In this document: piece by piece, positions 49,840-60,349 of the stretch | How the letters are laid out: each line of letters starts with the position of its first letter | Position numbering within the stretch: the first letter of the stretch is position 1 | From: a virus | Lineage: Duplodnaviria > Caudoviricetes | Strand: one strand, 5' to 3' | DNA: 64,000 nt | IMG/VR virus record: IMGVR_UViG_3300011832_000025 | Program-made: the position numbers and the translations under genes | Notes under the pieces: generated by a model | What the model saw: only the letters and a program-made list of their open reading frames with translations | What the model was told of the DNA's origin: nothing | Databases searched by the model: none

Positions 49840-50160
49840 TTAGCCGGGGCGGGTTTCGTCGGCGATGGTTTCTGGGCTGTGAAAAGAGGCTTTTGCGGGA
49901 CGGACCATCCAGTGGAACACATGGGGAAACGCGAAAGTAAAAGTTAACCCCGCCCACAACGACTGGGCCACACTGGTGTGTGTGGCCAATACAAAGCCCA
50001 ACACCGCCAGCAGCGTTAAGCACGCGCTGCCGTGCAACACTTTAGAAGAAAAGATAACGCGATCAAAAAACCCTCTAAAGGAGGTTTTGTACGCCACCAG
50101 ACTGCTCAAATACAACCCGACCACACTTAAAACGACAATTGTGTAAAAAATAGGAGACAT
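49840..50160 (-). CDS. small membrane protein
   Basis: Three hydrophobic segments. Confidence 0.6.
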   Translation of the reverse strand: MSPIFYTIVVLSVVGLYLSSLVAYKTSFRGFFDRVIFSSKVLHGSACLTLLAVLGFVLATHTSVAQSLWAGLTFTFAFPHVFHWMVRPAKASFHSPETIADETRPG

Positions 50161-50326
50161 GCCCTTTTCCAACCATATGCTGTCTTTAGATCATAAGTTT
50201 TTCCGTTCCCTTGTCACCCTTCAAGAGTCAAAACTGTGAAGTGTTTCACAAAATCTTCAATAAAGGGTTTGCTTGCAAACAAAAATTCATAATGGTATGC
50301 TGCCGCTTTCGGGTTGGGGTGGTCCT

Positions 50327-51121
50327 ATGTCTTTAGTTGATGAATTGAACGCAATTGACCCCAATTATTTGCGCGCCCAACCGCTTCCCAATGAAATTGA
50401 GGGGAACGATCACTTGCAAAACACATTGGCTTCGGCGGTGCGCCACGCCAGCGCAAGCCATCCTTCTGAAATCCGTTGGCTGTTGCGGGACAAAGTTCCC
50501 TTCGTTTTTCTGGTCGAATTTTTAGGGGCTTCGGAAACCACCAGCCCCACGCGAGGGGACATAGCTAAACGTTGGCTGGAGCCCGGCCATCGCCCCCATT
50601 ATCGCTCCGCGGCAATGGATCGTGTGTTTTATATTTTTGGTTGCTTGTTTGTGGCGGGAATTGTCGCCGGGGTGGGGGCTACTGTCATGGGCGTGCGTGT
50701 GTTTAACGCCGCCAGTGTGATTGGATTGCTGACCATAGCCCTGTTTGCCCTTTTGGCCGACGCCTCTTCTTGGTGGAAACAAAAAAACACCCCACCCATC
50801 CTTGCTCCATGGGACAACACTTCCATCAACAGTTTGTCCCACACTGTGTTAAGCGCACTTTTTGCCGATCCAAACAGCCAGCCGGTGGTTTCCCCTTCAA
50901 CGGCGCAATTGTTCACTCATCTGTCGTCGTATGAGCTGCGATTGGTGTGTTTAACCACGCCACGCCAGCGGGTCCAATGGATGAAACAATGTCCGCCAAC
51001 ATTTCGCCAGATGCAACACACCGCGGCGTGGAGGCGCTCGTATATTGGATACGTGGCGCAGTCCTGTGTATGGCTGCGTCCCTATGCGTGGAAGCGTTTG
51101 GTTGAAAATTTAAACTATTAA
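50327..51121 (+). CDS. 2-TM hypothetical protein
   Basis: Central hydrophobic hairpin. Confidence 0.7.
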   Translation: MSLVDELNAIDPNYLRAQPLPNEIEGNDHLQNTLASAVRHASASHPSEIRWLLRDKVPFVFLVEFLGASETTSPTRGDIAKRWLEPGHRPHYRSAAMDRVFYIFGCLFVAGIVAGVGATVMGVRVFNAASVIGLLTIALFALLADASSWWKQKNTPPILAPWDNTSINSLSHTVLSALFADPNSQPVVSPSTAQLFTHLSSYELRLVCLTTPRQRVQWMKQCPPTFRQMQHTAAWRRSYIGYVAQSCVWLRPYAWKRLVENLNY

Positions 51122-51132
51122 GGGAGAGGCGT

Positions 51133-52290
51133 GTGGACTGTTTACTAAAAATCCATCCTTTTGAAGAAAACCTTCACGGATTCACAGCTGTGCGTAACGC
51201 ATTAAATGAGTACATGGGGTTGCCATGTCTGGCCAATGAGTCCACCCGAAACTGGTTAAAAGCGTTCAACCACACCGATGACATTCCGTTGCAGGCTTTT
51301 CACACCTTAATTACCCACAACGCTGCGTTTTTGCAGGAGTTGGGGGCTCAAAAGTACACTGATTTCATGGATAAAAACGCACTATGGGGGTGTATTGCTG
51401 AAAAAATGCAATTGGATGTTATTTATAATATGGATCAGTGGGTCCTAGAAAAACTTGTGTCCGATCTTCGTTTTTTTGTCACCACGGCTTTACTGTCTTC
51501 CTCGGCTCTCACGCAGCACAAAGGATGGAAAGAGTGTTTGGAAAAGGTTTCCGTGGAGGAGTTTTCAGACATTGTGGGCAACATTTTGAAATCATTCGAA
51601 ACCCTTTTTGCCACCAACACCTGTACCGTAGAGGGTAAGGTGTTCAATCGGGACGATGTTTTGATGGAAATGGCCCAACGGGTCATGGAAAACCTGTCTC
51701 GCGTATGCGTCCCCCACGATGTGGCCAAAATCTGGTGGACGGTTTTGCAAACAGACTTCAATTTAACTGACTCTCTGGGGAGGCAGCACTGGTGGAAAAA
51801 CATCGGGAAGGTGTACAGCACTTTATTGTTGGCTTATCCGCCCGAGGACGTGGACGGTGAGTTGCTGTTGGATCTGCTTAAGACAGACTTTCCGCTGTCG
51901 GAACAAACAATCCACTGGTCGGCTTTAAAAGTGTTATGGTCAAACATGTTTGTGGTTAAAGACCCCCCATACCCAGAAAGTGTGCTCAAGGCAATGAGCA
52001 TTGTTTCAAGCATGCCCACCACCACCCGCGCCCAAATGATTGAACAGGGCAACTTTGAGTGGTCGCGCATAAAACCGCTTCTGTCCGGAATGTGGTCCAA
52101 AGACACTTTGCGTTTTTTCAATCGCTATGCGGATATGTTTACCGACCAAGAACTCACAAAATGGATTGGCGAGCAAACCCTGGACTCCAGTTTGTCGCAA
52201 CTGTGCGATTGGCAAACCAAACAAAAACTTCAAAAAGAAGTCGGTCAGACTCGTAAAAAATCCGCTGGCAAAAAAACAAAAAAAATGTAG
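51133..52290 (+). CDS. hypothetical protein (TKKM tail)
   Basis: 385 aa; GGAG RBS. Confidence 0.8.
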   Translation: MDCLLKIHPFEENLHGFTAVRNALNEYMGLPCLANESTRNWLKAFNHTDDIPLQAFHTLITHNAAFLQELGAQKYTDFMDKNALWGCIAEKMQLDVIYNMDQWVLEKLVSDLRFFVTTALLSSSALTQHKGWKECLEKVSVEEFSDIVGNILKSFETLFATNTCTVEGKVFNRDDVLMEMAQRVMENLSRVCVPHDVAKIWWTVLQTDFNLTDSLGRQHWWKNIGKVYSTLLLAYPPEDVDGELLLDLLKTDFPLSEQTIHWSALKVLWSNMFVVKDPPYPESVLKAMSIVSSMPTTTRAQMIEQGNFEWSRIKPLLSGMWSKDTLRFFNRYADMFTDQELTKWIGEQTLDSSLSQLCDWQTKQKLQKEVGQTRKKSAGKKTKKM

Positions 52291-52298
52291 GAGGGGGT

Positions 52299-52655
52299 GT
52301 GAAGAATTTCCATCAAGAAAGTTTTCGGTTGGCCGCGCAAACAGTAAACGCGTTTCTCTTGCTGAAAGAAAAGTACCCCTGTATAAAAAAAGAATTGGGG
52401 GGTCAATGGCAAACCATAGGCCAGCAGCATCTGTATGCGTATTTTAGAAAATTCACCAATTCTCTCTTAGCGCAAAATGAAGTGGAATCGCGACTGAAAA
52501 TCCTACAGACCAATCTCGATCTTTATATAATGAATAAAGACATTTCCCACGAAGTTCTGTTTCAATTGGCTCCCATGACTTTTGTGTATTTGTGCACAAA
52601 AAACATGGAAGTCTTGGAGCGGCAACAAAAAAAATTTGAGAGTCTTTTTCCTTAA
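52299..52655 (+). CDS. hypothetical protein
   Basis: AGGAGG RBS immediately after the upstream stop codon. Confidence 0.65.
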   Translation: MKNFHQESFRLAAQTVNAFLLLKEKYPCIKKELGGQWQTIGQQHLYAYFRKFTNSLLAQNEVESRLKILQTNLDLYIMNKDISHEVLFQLAPMTFVYLCTKNMEVLERQQKKFESLFP

Positions 52656-52662
52656 CCCATAA

Positions 52663-53061
52663 TCAATTCAAACGGTGCACCTGGGTCACCCGACAGGTTT
52701 TTCCGGGAAAACGAAAATCTTCAAAGTTTTCACGCCACACCAGAAAATCCCCCGATCGCCCACAGATCTGCCCCCCATACAATTGGGTGGCGTAAATGGG
52801 CCCAGTGCTGCGTTCAAATCCAATCAACCGCTCCGGGCCATTGGAAAAGCTTATGCGATCCGCGCGGCTGAGGTCGCAAGAGGAATCCGTGGTAATCTGA
52901 TACGACCGGGCGCCGGTGCGGAGCACCACCTCTGTGGGCGAGACCACGTTGAAGCGGGTCACCGGTTGCCGAGCGTCCAGACACTCATACGCCGACCAAG
53001 AGGGCCCACTGGCGCACCCGGCCAGTGTTAACGCCAACAATGTGGTTACCATCGCCCGCAT
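52663..53061 (-). CDS. lipoprotein
   Basis: Lipobox LAGC; several conserved-looking cysteines. Confidence 0.75.
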   Translation of the reverse strand: MRAMVTTLLALTLAGCASGPSWSAYECLDARQPVTRFNVVSPTEVVLRTGARSYQITTDSSCDLSRADRISFSNGPERLIGFERSTGPIYATQLYGGQICGRSGDFLVWRENFEDFRFPGKTCRVTQVHRLN

Positions 53062-53276
53062 ACATTTCTCCTGAGATCTTTTGTCCACCATACACAAATT
53101 GTGATGCAAATCTATTGTTTTGGTTCAGGAAGTGTTATGTTAATTTTTTGTGAAACAGAACACACTTTCCCCCGCTTTGCCGTCTGGGTCCGCAGTTTTG
53201 ACTTTTTCCTTTCCCCTCAATCTTGTTCGTGGAGGGGGTTGTGGTACGGTCAATAACCATCCCTATCGAGGTTGGC

Positions 53277-53702
53277 ATGAACGTCTTGTCAGCAGAATAT
53301 CTTCAAACTTTGTCCTTGGCCGCGGGGTTAAACCCCCGTTTTCCTGATGGCCATGTAGCTCTGTTTCTGGCTCTGCGGGACGAAGACGCTGCTTTGGAAC
53401 TGCACCAATACACCTTGCGATTGGACAACGCGTCCACCACCGACACAACCTACAGTTTTGCGCTCAGAAGCGGGGATCTGGTGTGGTCGCTGGGAAATTT
53501 GAGGGGGTGGGAGGCCATTGAACAACACGAAACCCAATGGGGAACCCATGTGTTTGAAGAATGGGCCGGAGGGCCCGCCACATCCATGGTGTTTTTAAAA
53601 GAAAAAGTCCAAGCACACTGTTTGCCCACCAGCCCATACATCCAACAAAAAACCCAAGTGTTGCGGGAATGCATAGAAGATTTGCGCGCCGCCCATTTGT
53701 AA
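53277..53702 (+). CDS. hypothetical protein
   Basis: GAGG RBS; ORF of 141 aa. Confidence 0.65.
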   Translation: MNVLSAEYLQTLSLAAGLNPRFPDGHVALFLALRDEDAALELHQYTLRLDNASTTDTTYSFALRSGDLVWSLGNLRGWEAIEQHETQWGTHVFEEWAGGPATSMVFLKEKVQAHCLPTSPYIQQKTQVLRECIEDLRAAHL

Positions 53703-53730
53703 GACCCATTTGTAAGACCCATTTGTAAGA
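53692..53730. repeat. 13-bp tandem repeat CCCATTTGTAAGA x3 spanning the stop codon
   Basis: Directly visible in the sequence. Confidence 0.95.
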
Positions 53731-53817
53731 AAATGAATCCTCCTTTGCGGGTCAAAGGCGTGACGGAAACACGCTCGCGTGATACACTAACCACACAACA
53801 CATCCTTGAGCGTTTTT

Positions 53818-54249
53818 ATGCAAATTGAGTACGACTCTTTAGATTGCATCGCCAAAAATGTTGCCAAACAAGCAACCCAACTGGTGGGCACAACCGCCCG
53901 CCAAAAAAAATTGGCGTGTGAACAGGGGTGGAAAACTTTTGACTCAAGTTTATGGGATTCCTGGTGCCAAACCCAGGTAAAAAAACTCTTGTTGTGGGAT
54001 GTCTCCGTTTCCAGTGCGCAACGAGCCTGTGACTTTTTAGACGAATTTAAAAAGGCGTCTTGCCCCACCTGGGGAAACGTTCACCGCGCGCTCTTAAACC
54101 GCTGGAAAAACTCTGGTGTAGACATTTCCGCCTGCCCCCGCCCCCAAATTATTCTCTCCACCTCCGAGGTGGCAAAGTTTGGAGGGGGTAAAAAAAGCAC
54201 CAATCACTCGGATTTTTCCAAAATCATATTAGCCCCCCGAAAAAGATAA
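53818..54249 (+). CDS. hypothetical protein
   Basis: Extended -10 at 53779; ends PRKR. Confidence 0.6.
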   Translation: MQIEYDSLDCIAKNVAKQATQLVGTTARQKKLACEQGWKTFDSSLWDSWCQTQVKKLLLWDVSVSSAQRACDFLDEFKKASCPTWGNVHRALLNRWKNSGVDISACPRPQIILSTSEVAKFGGGKKSTNHSDFSKIILAPRKR

Positions 54250-54256
54250 GGATCTT

Positions 54257-55420
54257 ATGGACGCGTTGAATCGTTTAACCGTATTGGGCAACGCTCTCAC
54301 TCAGTCGTCTCTCAATCCATTAACCCAAGAGCCCTTTTTGTGGGCGAATGTGTGGAACGCCTGCAAAAGGACGCTGTTGATGGATCCCGTCTGCCCTCCC
54401 GAGCGCTTGGCTTTGATGTTGTCCACGCCCGTGTGCGTGACCTCGGAGATCGCCGTTCCCCGTTGGGATCAAATAACCTTATGGATCCCCCAGCAAGAAT
54501 TTGCCACCACCCATCCCTTGCAATGGTGTGAGATGGTGGGGGATATATACACCCACACCCTCAGCGGTCAATATACCCTACCCACTGAATTGGAACAGTC
54601 ACTGCTGAGCGCCCCCCAATATAATGTTTGGCGCGATGGGGGATTGGGGTCCGCCTATTTGAATAACTGGAAATCCTGGGTTAACGCCTCGTGCCGTCAT
54701 GAGCCGGTGGGGCCATGGGGTGAAGCCTTACCCACCGCCAGTCGTTTTCGCCCCACCTTGTTCAACAGCTTGGTGGAAGGGAGCAAAGTGTTGCGCCATT
54801 TGCAAGTGGGCGGCAATTTAAACGAGGTCCTGGAACAAATGGTGGGCCGCGATCTCAATGCAGAAGAAATGTTTGTTGTTAAAACCTTGTGCGATATCTG
54901 TTTGCCGTCTTCAACACTCGAACGGGAAGAGGTTCTCAAACAGTTAACAGTAGAGTGGGCGGATCGTTACAACGACGGCCCAGAAGTGGACCAGATGATC
55001 AATTTGGTCACCAGCGTTTTTCGCCCCTCCCAATGGCAAGAGGATTTCGATGTGAAGTGGGCGCGGGTTGTTCGGGGTTGGGAAAGTCAATCCCACCCTT
55101 TGGAAACCTCCCAGGTGTTGGATTTGTTGGCCTCATGTTATTCTGCCGCGTCCTCCCCCATTGGTAAATGGGTGGAAGCGTATATTCACGCTCATGGCGC
55201 CACCCAAACCCCCTTAAGTGATTGTGCGGCAACCCATGTGTGGTTGGCCCGTCCCGATTTGCTGGAAGCGGCCTTCCCCTGCTTGTCCTCCACGCAAAAG
55301 ACCAATCTGCGCGCGGCCGCGCATACAGGGCTGTTCCCTCAATTGGAGGAGGCTTTTAACAGTCTGCACGGACCCAATGTGGTCACCTTCCCCAGCAAAG
55401 GGGTGTTTAGCGGGTTGTGA
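54257..55420 (+). CDS. hypothetical protein, 387 aa
   Basis: Long ORF with an AAGGA RBS. Confidence 0.8.
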   Translation: MDALNRLTVLGNALTQSSLNPLTQEPFLWANVWNACKRTLLMDPVCPPERLALMLSTPVCVTSEIAVPRWDQITLWIPQQEFATTHPLQWCEMVGDIYTHTLSGQYTLPTELEQSLLSAPQYNVWRDGGLGSAYLNNWKSWVNASCRHEPVGPWGEALPTASRFRPTLFNSLVEGSKVLRHLQVGGNLNEVLEQMVGRDLNAEEMFVVKTLCDICLPSSTLEREEVLKQLTVEWADRYNDGPEVDQMINLVTSVFRPSQWQEDFDVKWARVVRGWESQSHPLETSQVLDLLASCYSAASSPIGKWVEAYIHAHGATQTPLSDCAATHVWLARPDLLEAAFPCLSSTQKTNLRAAAHTGLFPQLEEAFNSLHGPNVVTFPSKGVFSGL

Positions 55421-55481
55421 ACGGTCTTGAACTGCAAGGAGCAAACGTGATAGACTGCGCCTCCCTTTTTGGAGAGCCAAT

Positions 55482-55883
55482 ATGTTTACTTTTATGAACA
55501 ATGTGGTGCGCTCCACCACGCGCCTGAATGGCGAGACAACATTCAAAGGGAACACAAAAATTGCCGGCACGGTGGAGGGCGTTGTATTGATGGATGCTTC
55601 CGCCACCTTACTCATTGCGTCGGGAGGATTTGTGCGTTGCGAAAGTCTGACCGCCAAAACCATTGTGGTCAGTGGCGAACTGCACGCCACCCATATTACC
55701 GCCGAACGAATTGTGCTGCGCAAAGGCGCTCAGGTCCATGGAAAAATCACCGCCCAGACGGTTGAGATCCAAGCTTCCGCGCAGTACGATGGCCAAATCA
55801 GTATTGTAACACCCAAAACGGCCCCCCAAAACACCAGCGCCCATCAAGCAAAACAGCGCTTGGAGGCTGTGACGGGTGCGTAA
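55482..55883 (+). CDS. bactofilin (polymer-forming cytoskeletal protein)
   Basis: Beta-helix repeats: I.GTVEG, IVVSGEL, A.RIVL..GAQVHGKI.A..VEI...A.YDG. Confidence 0.85.
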   Translation: MFTFMNNVVRSTTRLNGETTFKGNTKIAGTVEGVVLMDASATLLIASGGFVRCESLTAKTIVVSGELHATHITAERIVLRKGAQVHGKITAQTVEIQASAQYDGQISIVTPKTAPQNTSAHQAKQRLEAVTGA

Positions 55884-55928
55884 TGAGCACCATATGCTAT
55901 ACTGAAAAAAAACAATGACGGTTTCCGT

Positions 55929-56915
55929 ATGAATCAAAATATGCTATCGACCCAAAGCGAATGGGAAGACCATTTGTCTTCCGTTTTGCTGCAAGACCCC
56001 TTAAAGACGTCGTGGAAAGAACGTCCCTTTCACGCCTGTGTCAGCGAAGAACAAGCGCGTTGTGTTGTAGCGGCCTCTCAATCGCTCGGAAATTTAAACA
56101 TCACCTATTTGTCGGCGCTGAAAAAATGGTATGAACTGTTGTACCGCGCAATAAGTTTGTGCCCCTCAGCAACGGCGGAGGCTTGCGCAATCGCTCAGAA
56201 GATGTCGCGGCGGGTGGGCCACAAGATAGAAATGAGTTGGCGCACGCGTTTAACTTGGGACAACGTGTCCAGCAAATGGCTCGCCGACGCTATTTCGGAA
56301 CAGCGCTATGAGGTGGTGCGCGCCTTGTTGCAGGCCCACCATTTCAACGGAAATCTGAAAGAATTCGCGGGCAAAGCTATAGCCCGCGACGATGTGAAAA
56401 TGCTGGAAATATTTTTGGAACACATTGACCCCCGTATCAACAAAAATGAGCTTCTCAAAGCATCTGTCTGGGCGCGCGCCATCCAATGTTTTGATCGGCT
56501 GTGGGTTCCATCCACCTTTGCCAACAAAACCCGTGTCCTGCGCACGGCTTTGTCTCAAAAAGAATGGGAAACCCGCCACAGTGGAAGGGTCAAATCGTTT
56601 TATACGTCCAGGGCCGACAAAGAAAAAGACATTCAAGAACATGAAAAGCAGATCAGGATTTTGGAGGAGATGATCCAGCGTCTGATTTGTGAATCAAATG
56701 TTGGTGAGATATTCTTTGATCAAAAAGTGACCCCTCAAAGCGCTTGGATGATTGAACATCTCTCCCCTCAAGCCATGCGGCGGTTGAAGTCGCCCCCCTG
56801 GTACGACAAAGTCAAAGACTTCCCCGAATATCAACAGCGTTTACTGCGTGAAGAAATAAACCGCGCCGCGCGCAAAAGCGGGCGGGCGGAAGTGGGACGC
56901 GCCCGCAAGATGTAA
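55929..56915 (+). CDS. ankyrin-like repeat protein (ARKM tail)
   Basis: AISEQRYEVVRALL, AIARDDVKMLEIFL and HIDPRINKNELL repeats. Confidence 0.75.
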   Translation: MNQNMLSTQSEWEDHLSSVLLQDPLKTSWKERPFHACVSEEQARCVVAASQSLGNLNITYLSALKKWYELLYRAISLCPSATAEACAIAQKMSRRVGHKIEMSWRTRLTWDNVSSKWLADAISEQRYEVVRALLQAHHFNGNLKEFAGKAIARDDVKMLEIFLEHIDPRINKNELLKASVWARAIQCFDRLWVPSTFANKTRVLRTALSQKEWETRHSGRVKSFYTSRADKEKDIQEHEKQIRILEEMIQRLICESNVGEIFFDQKVTPQSAWMIEHLSPQAMRRLKSPPWYDKVKDFPEYQQRLLREEINRAARKSGRAEVGRARKM

Positions 56916-57458
56916 TTACAGTTTAAGTTGTTTTGGCGTAACAGTGGGCTCCTTGAGCTCGAACAGCCGTTGCTCCAGGGGCGCTTCCACCTCAACCACC
57001 GCGCTGTGTTCTTGAATGCGCGCCTCCAAAGCGTAACGCAGGCTTTGCCACCAAAACGCATGCCACTGGTTGGGATTTTCCAGAAGGGTGGCAATGTTGC
57101 GCACCAGAGTTTGATCGTTTTCAGTGCCCACTTTTTGCAGGTTCTCCAAAAGCGTGAGAATACGGCCTTTGGAGGTTTCGCCCATCTCACTGACCCGTTC
57201 GCTGTACACATACTGCACAACAGAAACCGCCAGCACGAGCGCCATGATGCTCCAAAACATGGGCAACACCCCCGGAGCAGAAATGAACCCCAGCACCAAC
57301 CCCATAAAAACAAACAAAACACCAAAACCTTTCCCGGTGGTGGTCAACCACAGCACAGGAATTTTATTCACTTTCAGCGCAAAGCGCTCAAACCACCCAC
57401 CCCGAATCTGAGGCCGGGGGGTTTTCAAAAGCCGAGTTAACCGTTCTGTGGCGTTCAT
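56916..57458 (-). CDS. family B-like 2-TM protein
   Basis: 2 TM; HAFWWQSL; VEVE...QLKL. Confidence 0.75.
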   Translation of the reverse strand: MNATERLTRLLKTPRPQIRGGWFERFALKVNKIPVLWLTTTGKGFGVLFVFMGLVLGFISAPGVLPMFWSIMALVLAVSVVQYVYSERVSEMGETSKGRILTLLENLQKVGTENDQTLVRNIATLLENPNQWHAFWWQSLRYALEARIQEHSAVVEVEAPLEQRLFELKEPTVTPKQLKL

Positions 57459-57561
57459 GGTGTTCTCCTGATGAGAGAACCACTTTAGCACAAGCGGCAC
57501 CACTGGTTCAATTCCTCCCACTGTTTATTAAAATACCAGTGGGAGGAGATTCATAAATCAC

Positions 57562-59736
57562 TTAAAATTCTTGCCAATTGTTGTCCGAGACAATCACCGG
57601 TCTGCGCCCCACCACCCGCGAACTCTGGACCGTGTGGGTCCGTCCGGTGGTCTTGAACACCCCCACACTGCGCAGCAATCCTTGAGACTGCTCCTCCAAC
57701 GACCGAGCGGGGGCGGCGGCTTCTTCCACCATGGCCGCGTTTTGCTGGGTGACTTCATCCATGGCCACCACCGTGGTGTTCACTTGTTCAATGCCAGAGG
57801 ACTGTTCACGCGAAGCCACAGAAATGTCGTCCATTTTTTCCCGCACGGCTGAAACCGCAGCTTGAACCTGTTCAATAGTTCCTCCCGCTTGTTGGGATTG
57901 CTGCGAGCTTTTTGCAATCAAAGTTGTGGACGAATCGATAAGACGACGAATGTCTTTAGCTGATTCCGCGGAGCTTTGCGCCAAAGAGCGAATTTCCCCC
58001 GCCACCACCGCAAAACCTTTTCCGCTTTCCCCCGCTCGCGCCGCTTCCACCGCGGCGTTCAGCGACAAGATATTGGTTTGGAACGCCAAACGGTCAATCA
58101 CCCCAACGATATCCCGCATTTGCGCCGCCGAGGCTTCAATCTCCCGCATAGAGTCCGCTACCCCCAACACCGCCTGCAATCCTTTATCGGCTATTGTTTG
58201 AGCGTTAACAGCTTGAACGTTGGCGCTGTGGGCGTTGTCCGCGTTCTGGCGCACGGTGGAGGTCAACTCTTCCATACTGGCGGCGGTTTCTTCCAGGTTC
58301 GCCGCTTGTTGTTCGGTGCGCGCCGACAGTTCATTGTTGCCCATGGAAATTTCAGCGGCCGCGGTGCCAATGGATTGGGCCGCGTCTTGAATGCCTTGAA
58401 TCATTTCCGTCAGTTGCGCCACCGTTTCATTGCCGCTGTGCTGCATTTGGGCGAACACCCCTTGGTAGGTGCCGTTCATTTGAACAGTCAAGTCGCCGCG
58501 CGCCAACGCGTTCAAAACAGTGGAAAGATCATTCAGGTTGCTTTCGGTGGTGGACATCAGCGTGTTCAAGGAAGTAATCATACCACGGAAATCGTTGTCA
58601 AAACGTTGGGCGTCCCCCCGCGCCGAGAAATCGCCCGCCGCCGCCGCCTGCACCAGTTTTTGAATTTCCCCATTGATGTCCAACAACTTCCCGCGCGCCG
58701 ACTCCATGGCGTTGGTGATGTTTGCTTGTTTGTTGGGCAATTGACGCATACGTTTGGTGAAATCCCCTTGGGCATAATGCTCCAGCACGTCAACCATCGA
58801 CATCTTAATTCCAATATGGTTGTCCACCAACGAATTGGCCGACTCCGCTAACACTTTAAAGCGGCCGGGGAACGTTTTCACGTCAATGCGGTGATCAATC
58901 AACCCGTTGCGGTGCTGTTCGTCCATTGTGTTCTGCTCGGAGATAACCCGATCAATAGATGCGGTCATTTCTTCCATGGCGTTTAATAAAGCGCCGGTTT
59001 CGTCTTTGCGTTGGCTGTGAACAACCCGATTAAATTCCCCTTGGGCAACAGCTTGCGCGGTTTCCACCGCTTGCCGCAACGAACGAACAATCCCCCGCGC
59101 AATCGTTAAGCTCAGCACCACCGACACAAGAACTATCCCCCCCAATACGCTCACAATCAACCACACATTGTTCCGATAGTTGGCGTGCGCCTGAACGCTT
59201 TGCGCGGCCAAAAGCTCTTGTTCATGATCGGTAAGGTTTTTCAAATCCGCAAACAGCGCGCGACGTTGGGCACGCGATTGTGTGTCAGAAATCTCCTGAG
59301 CCCGAGAAATGTTTTTGTCCGCCAGCGCTTTTTGCAAATCCTCGTTGCTGGAAAAATATTCAGACAGTTGGGTTTGAATTGATTGGACCACAGATTTTTC
59401 ACTGGGCGTCAAATTCAAAGAGGTGAGTGTGGTGAGTTGTGTGGCAACACTTTGGCGGACATCGCGCATCCGCTTTTGATAATCCGCCAGCGCGTCGGGT
59501 TCATTAAAACGGGCCAGCAAGGCCAATTCAAATGTGCGAAATTCCCCCAACTGCGCGCGAATTTCTGAAACCGCTTGAACAGCGGGCATGGATCGTTGTT
59601 GAAATTGTGTTGTTTCTTTATTGGCTGTGCTCAACCGTTCAATGGCAAACACCCCCAGCAACACCGTAAAAACACCCACCAGTAAAAAAGCGCCCAACAA
59701 TTTTCGAGAAATGGATAAATTTTCGAACCAAGCCAT
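57562..59736 (-). CDS. methyl-accepting chemotaxis protein (4HB sensor, multiple HAMP domains)
   Basis: IDRLAFQTNILSLNAAVEAARAGESGKGFAVVAGEIRSLAQ; C-terminal NWQEF pentapeptide. Confidence 0.95.
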   Translation of the reverse strand: MAWFENLSISRKLLGAFLLVGVFTVLLGVFAIERLSTANKETTQFQQRSMPAVQAVSEIRAQLGEFRTFELALLARFNEPDALADYQKRMRDVRQSVATQLTTLTSLNLTPSEKSVVQSIQTQLSEYFSSNEDLQKALADKNISRAQEISDTQSRAQRRALFADLKNLTDHEQELLAAQSVQAHANYRNNVWLIVSVLGGIVLVSVVLSLTIARGIVRSLRQAVETAQAVAQGEFNRVVHSQRKDETGALLNAMEEMTASIDRVISEQNTMDEQHRNGLIDHRIDVKTFPGRFKVLAESANSLVDNHIGIKMSMVDVLEHYAQGDFTKRMRQLPNKQANITNAMESARGKLLDINGEIQKLVQAAAAGDFSARGDAQRFDNDFRGMITSLNTLMSTTESNLNDLSTVLNALARGDLTVQMNGTYQGVFAQMQHSGNETVAQLTEMIQGIQDAAQSIGTAAAEISMGNNELSARTEQQAANLEETAASMEELTSTVRQNADNAHSANVQAVNAQTIADKGLQAVLGVADSMREIEASAAQMRDIVGVIDRLAFQTNILSLNAAVEAARAGESGKGFAVVAGEIRSLAQSSAESAKDIRRLIDSSTTLIAKSSQQSQQAGGTIEQVQAAVSAVREKMDDISVASREQSSGIEQVNTTVVAMDEVTQQNAAMVEEAAAPARSLEEQSQGLLRSVGVFKTTGRTHTVQSSRVVGRRPVIVSDNNWQEF

Positions 59737-59911
59737 ACACTGTCCTCATAAAGTGAAAGAGTGAACGACTACAGCGCTAAAAAAAAACACCGAGGCCCGG
59801 TGTCTTAAAGCTCCCCCTGCAGACCGGCGAAGTCTACTAAAGATGAATGGGGTGTGTAAAGGGTGTGAAGAGGGGCTCAGGGTTTGCTCCTTAACCCCCA
59901 TTCAGCTTTGT

Positions 59912-60349
59912 TTAAATTTTACGTTTGGCGGGCGTTTCCTCCTTTCCACTCAACGCCGCCGCTGTGAGAGCGTCTTCCAATCGTTGACGCTGATCTTGGG
60001 AAATGGCGGTGAGCAAGGCCTGTTTTTGTTGAGTGGTCCACTCGTGCATAGCTGTCACCACCCACCCCACGTCCCAATGCCGCGCCAACGCACGGATCGT
60101 TTCACAACTGCTGTGGTAATTCGTTTCGTTCCCCAAATGCTCCCACAGCCATCTGTTGTTATGGGTCAGATCCGAAACCGGCGCTAAAATTTCCACCACA
60201 TTGTGCTGTTCGTAAAAAATCGCCAACGCCAGACCCCAACTGTTGTTAGCTCGCGGATCGCATAAGGGAAGCAATCGAATAAGATTGGAACAATCTCCTT
60301 GTTTGCAGGCTTCGTAAAAATTGTTTTGAAGAACACCATCCGCGGACAT
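59912..60349 (-). CDS. ankyrin-like repeat protein (KRKI tail)
   Basis: LLPLCDPRANNSWGLALAI...VVEILAPVSD, same type as 11414. Confidence 0.8.
   Translation of the reverse strand: MSADGVLQNNFYEACKQGDCSNLIRLLPLCDPRANNSWGLALAIFYEQHNVVEILAPVSDLTHNNRWLWEHLGNETNYHSSCETIRALARHWDVGWVVTAMHEWTTQQKQALLTAISQDQRQRLEDALTAAALSGKEETPAKRKI

Noticed and set aside
53692-53730. CRISPR array
   Set aside because: The repeats are directly adjacent with no spacers, and I saw no cas genes or spaced repeats anywhere in the window.
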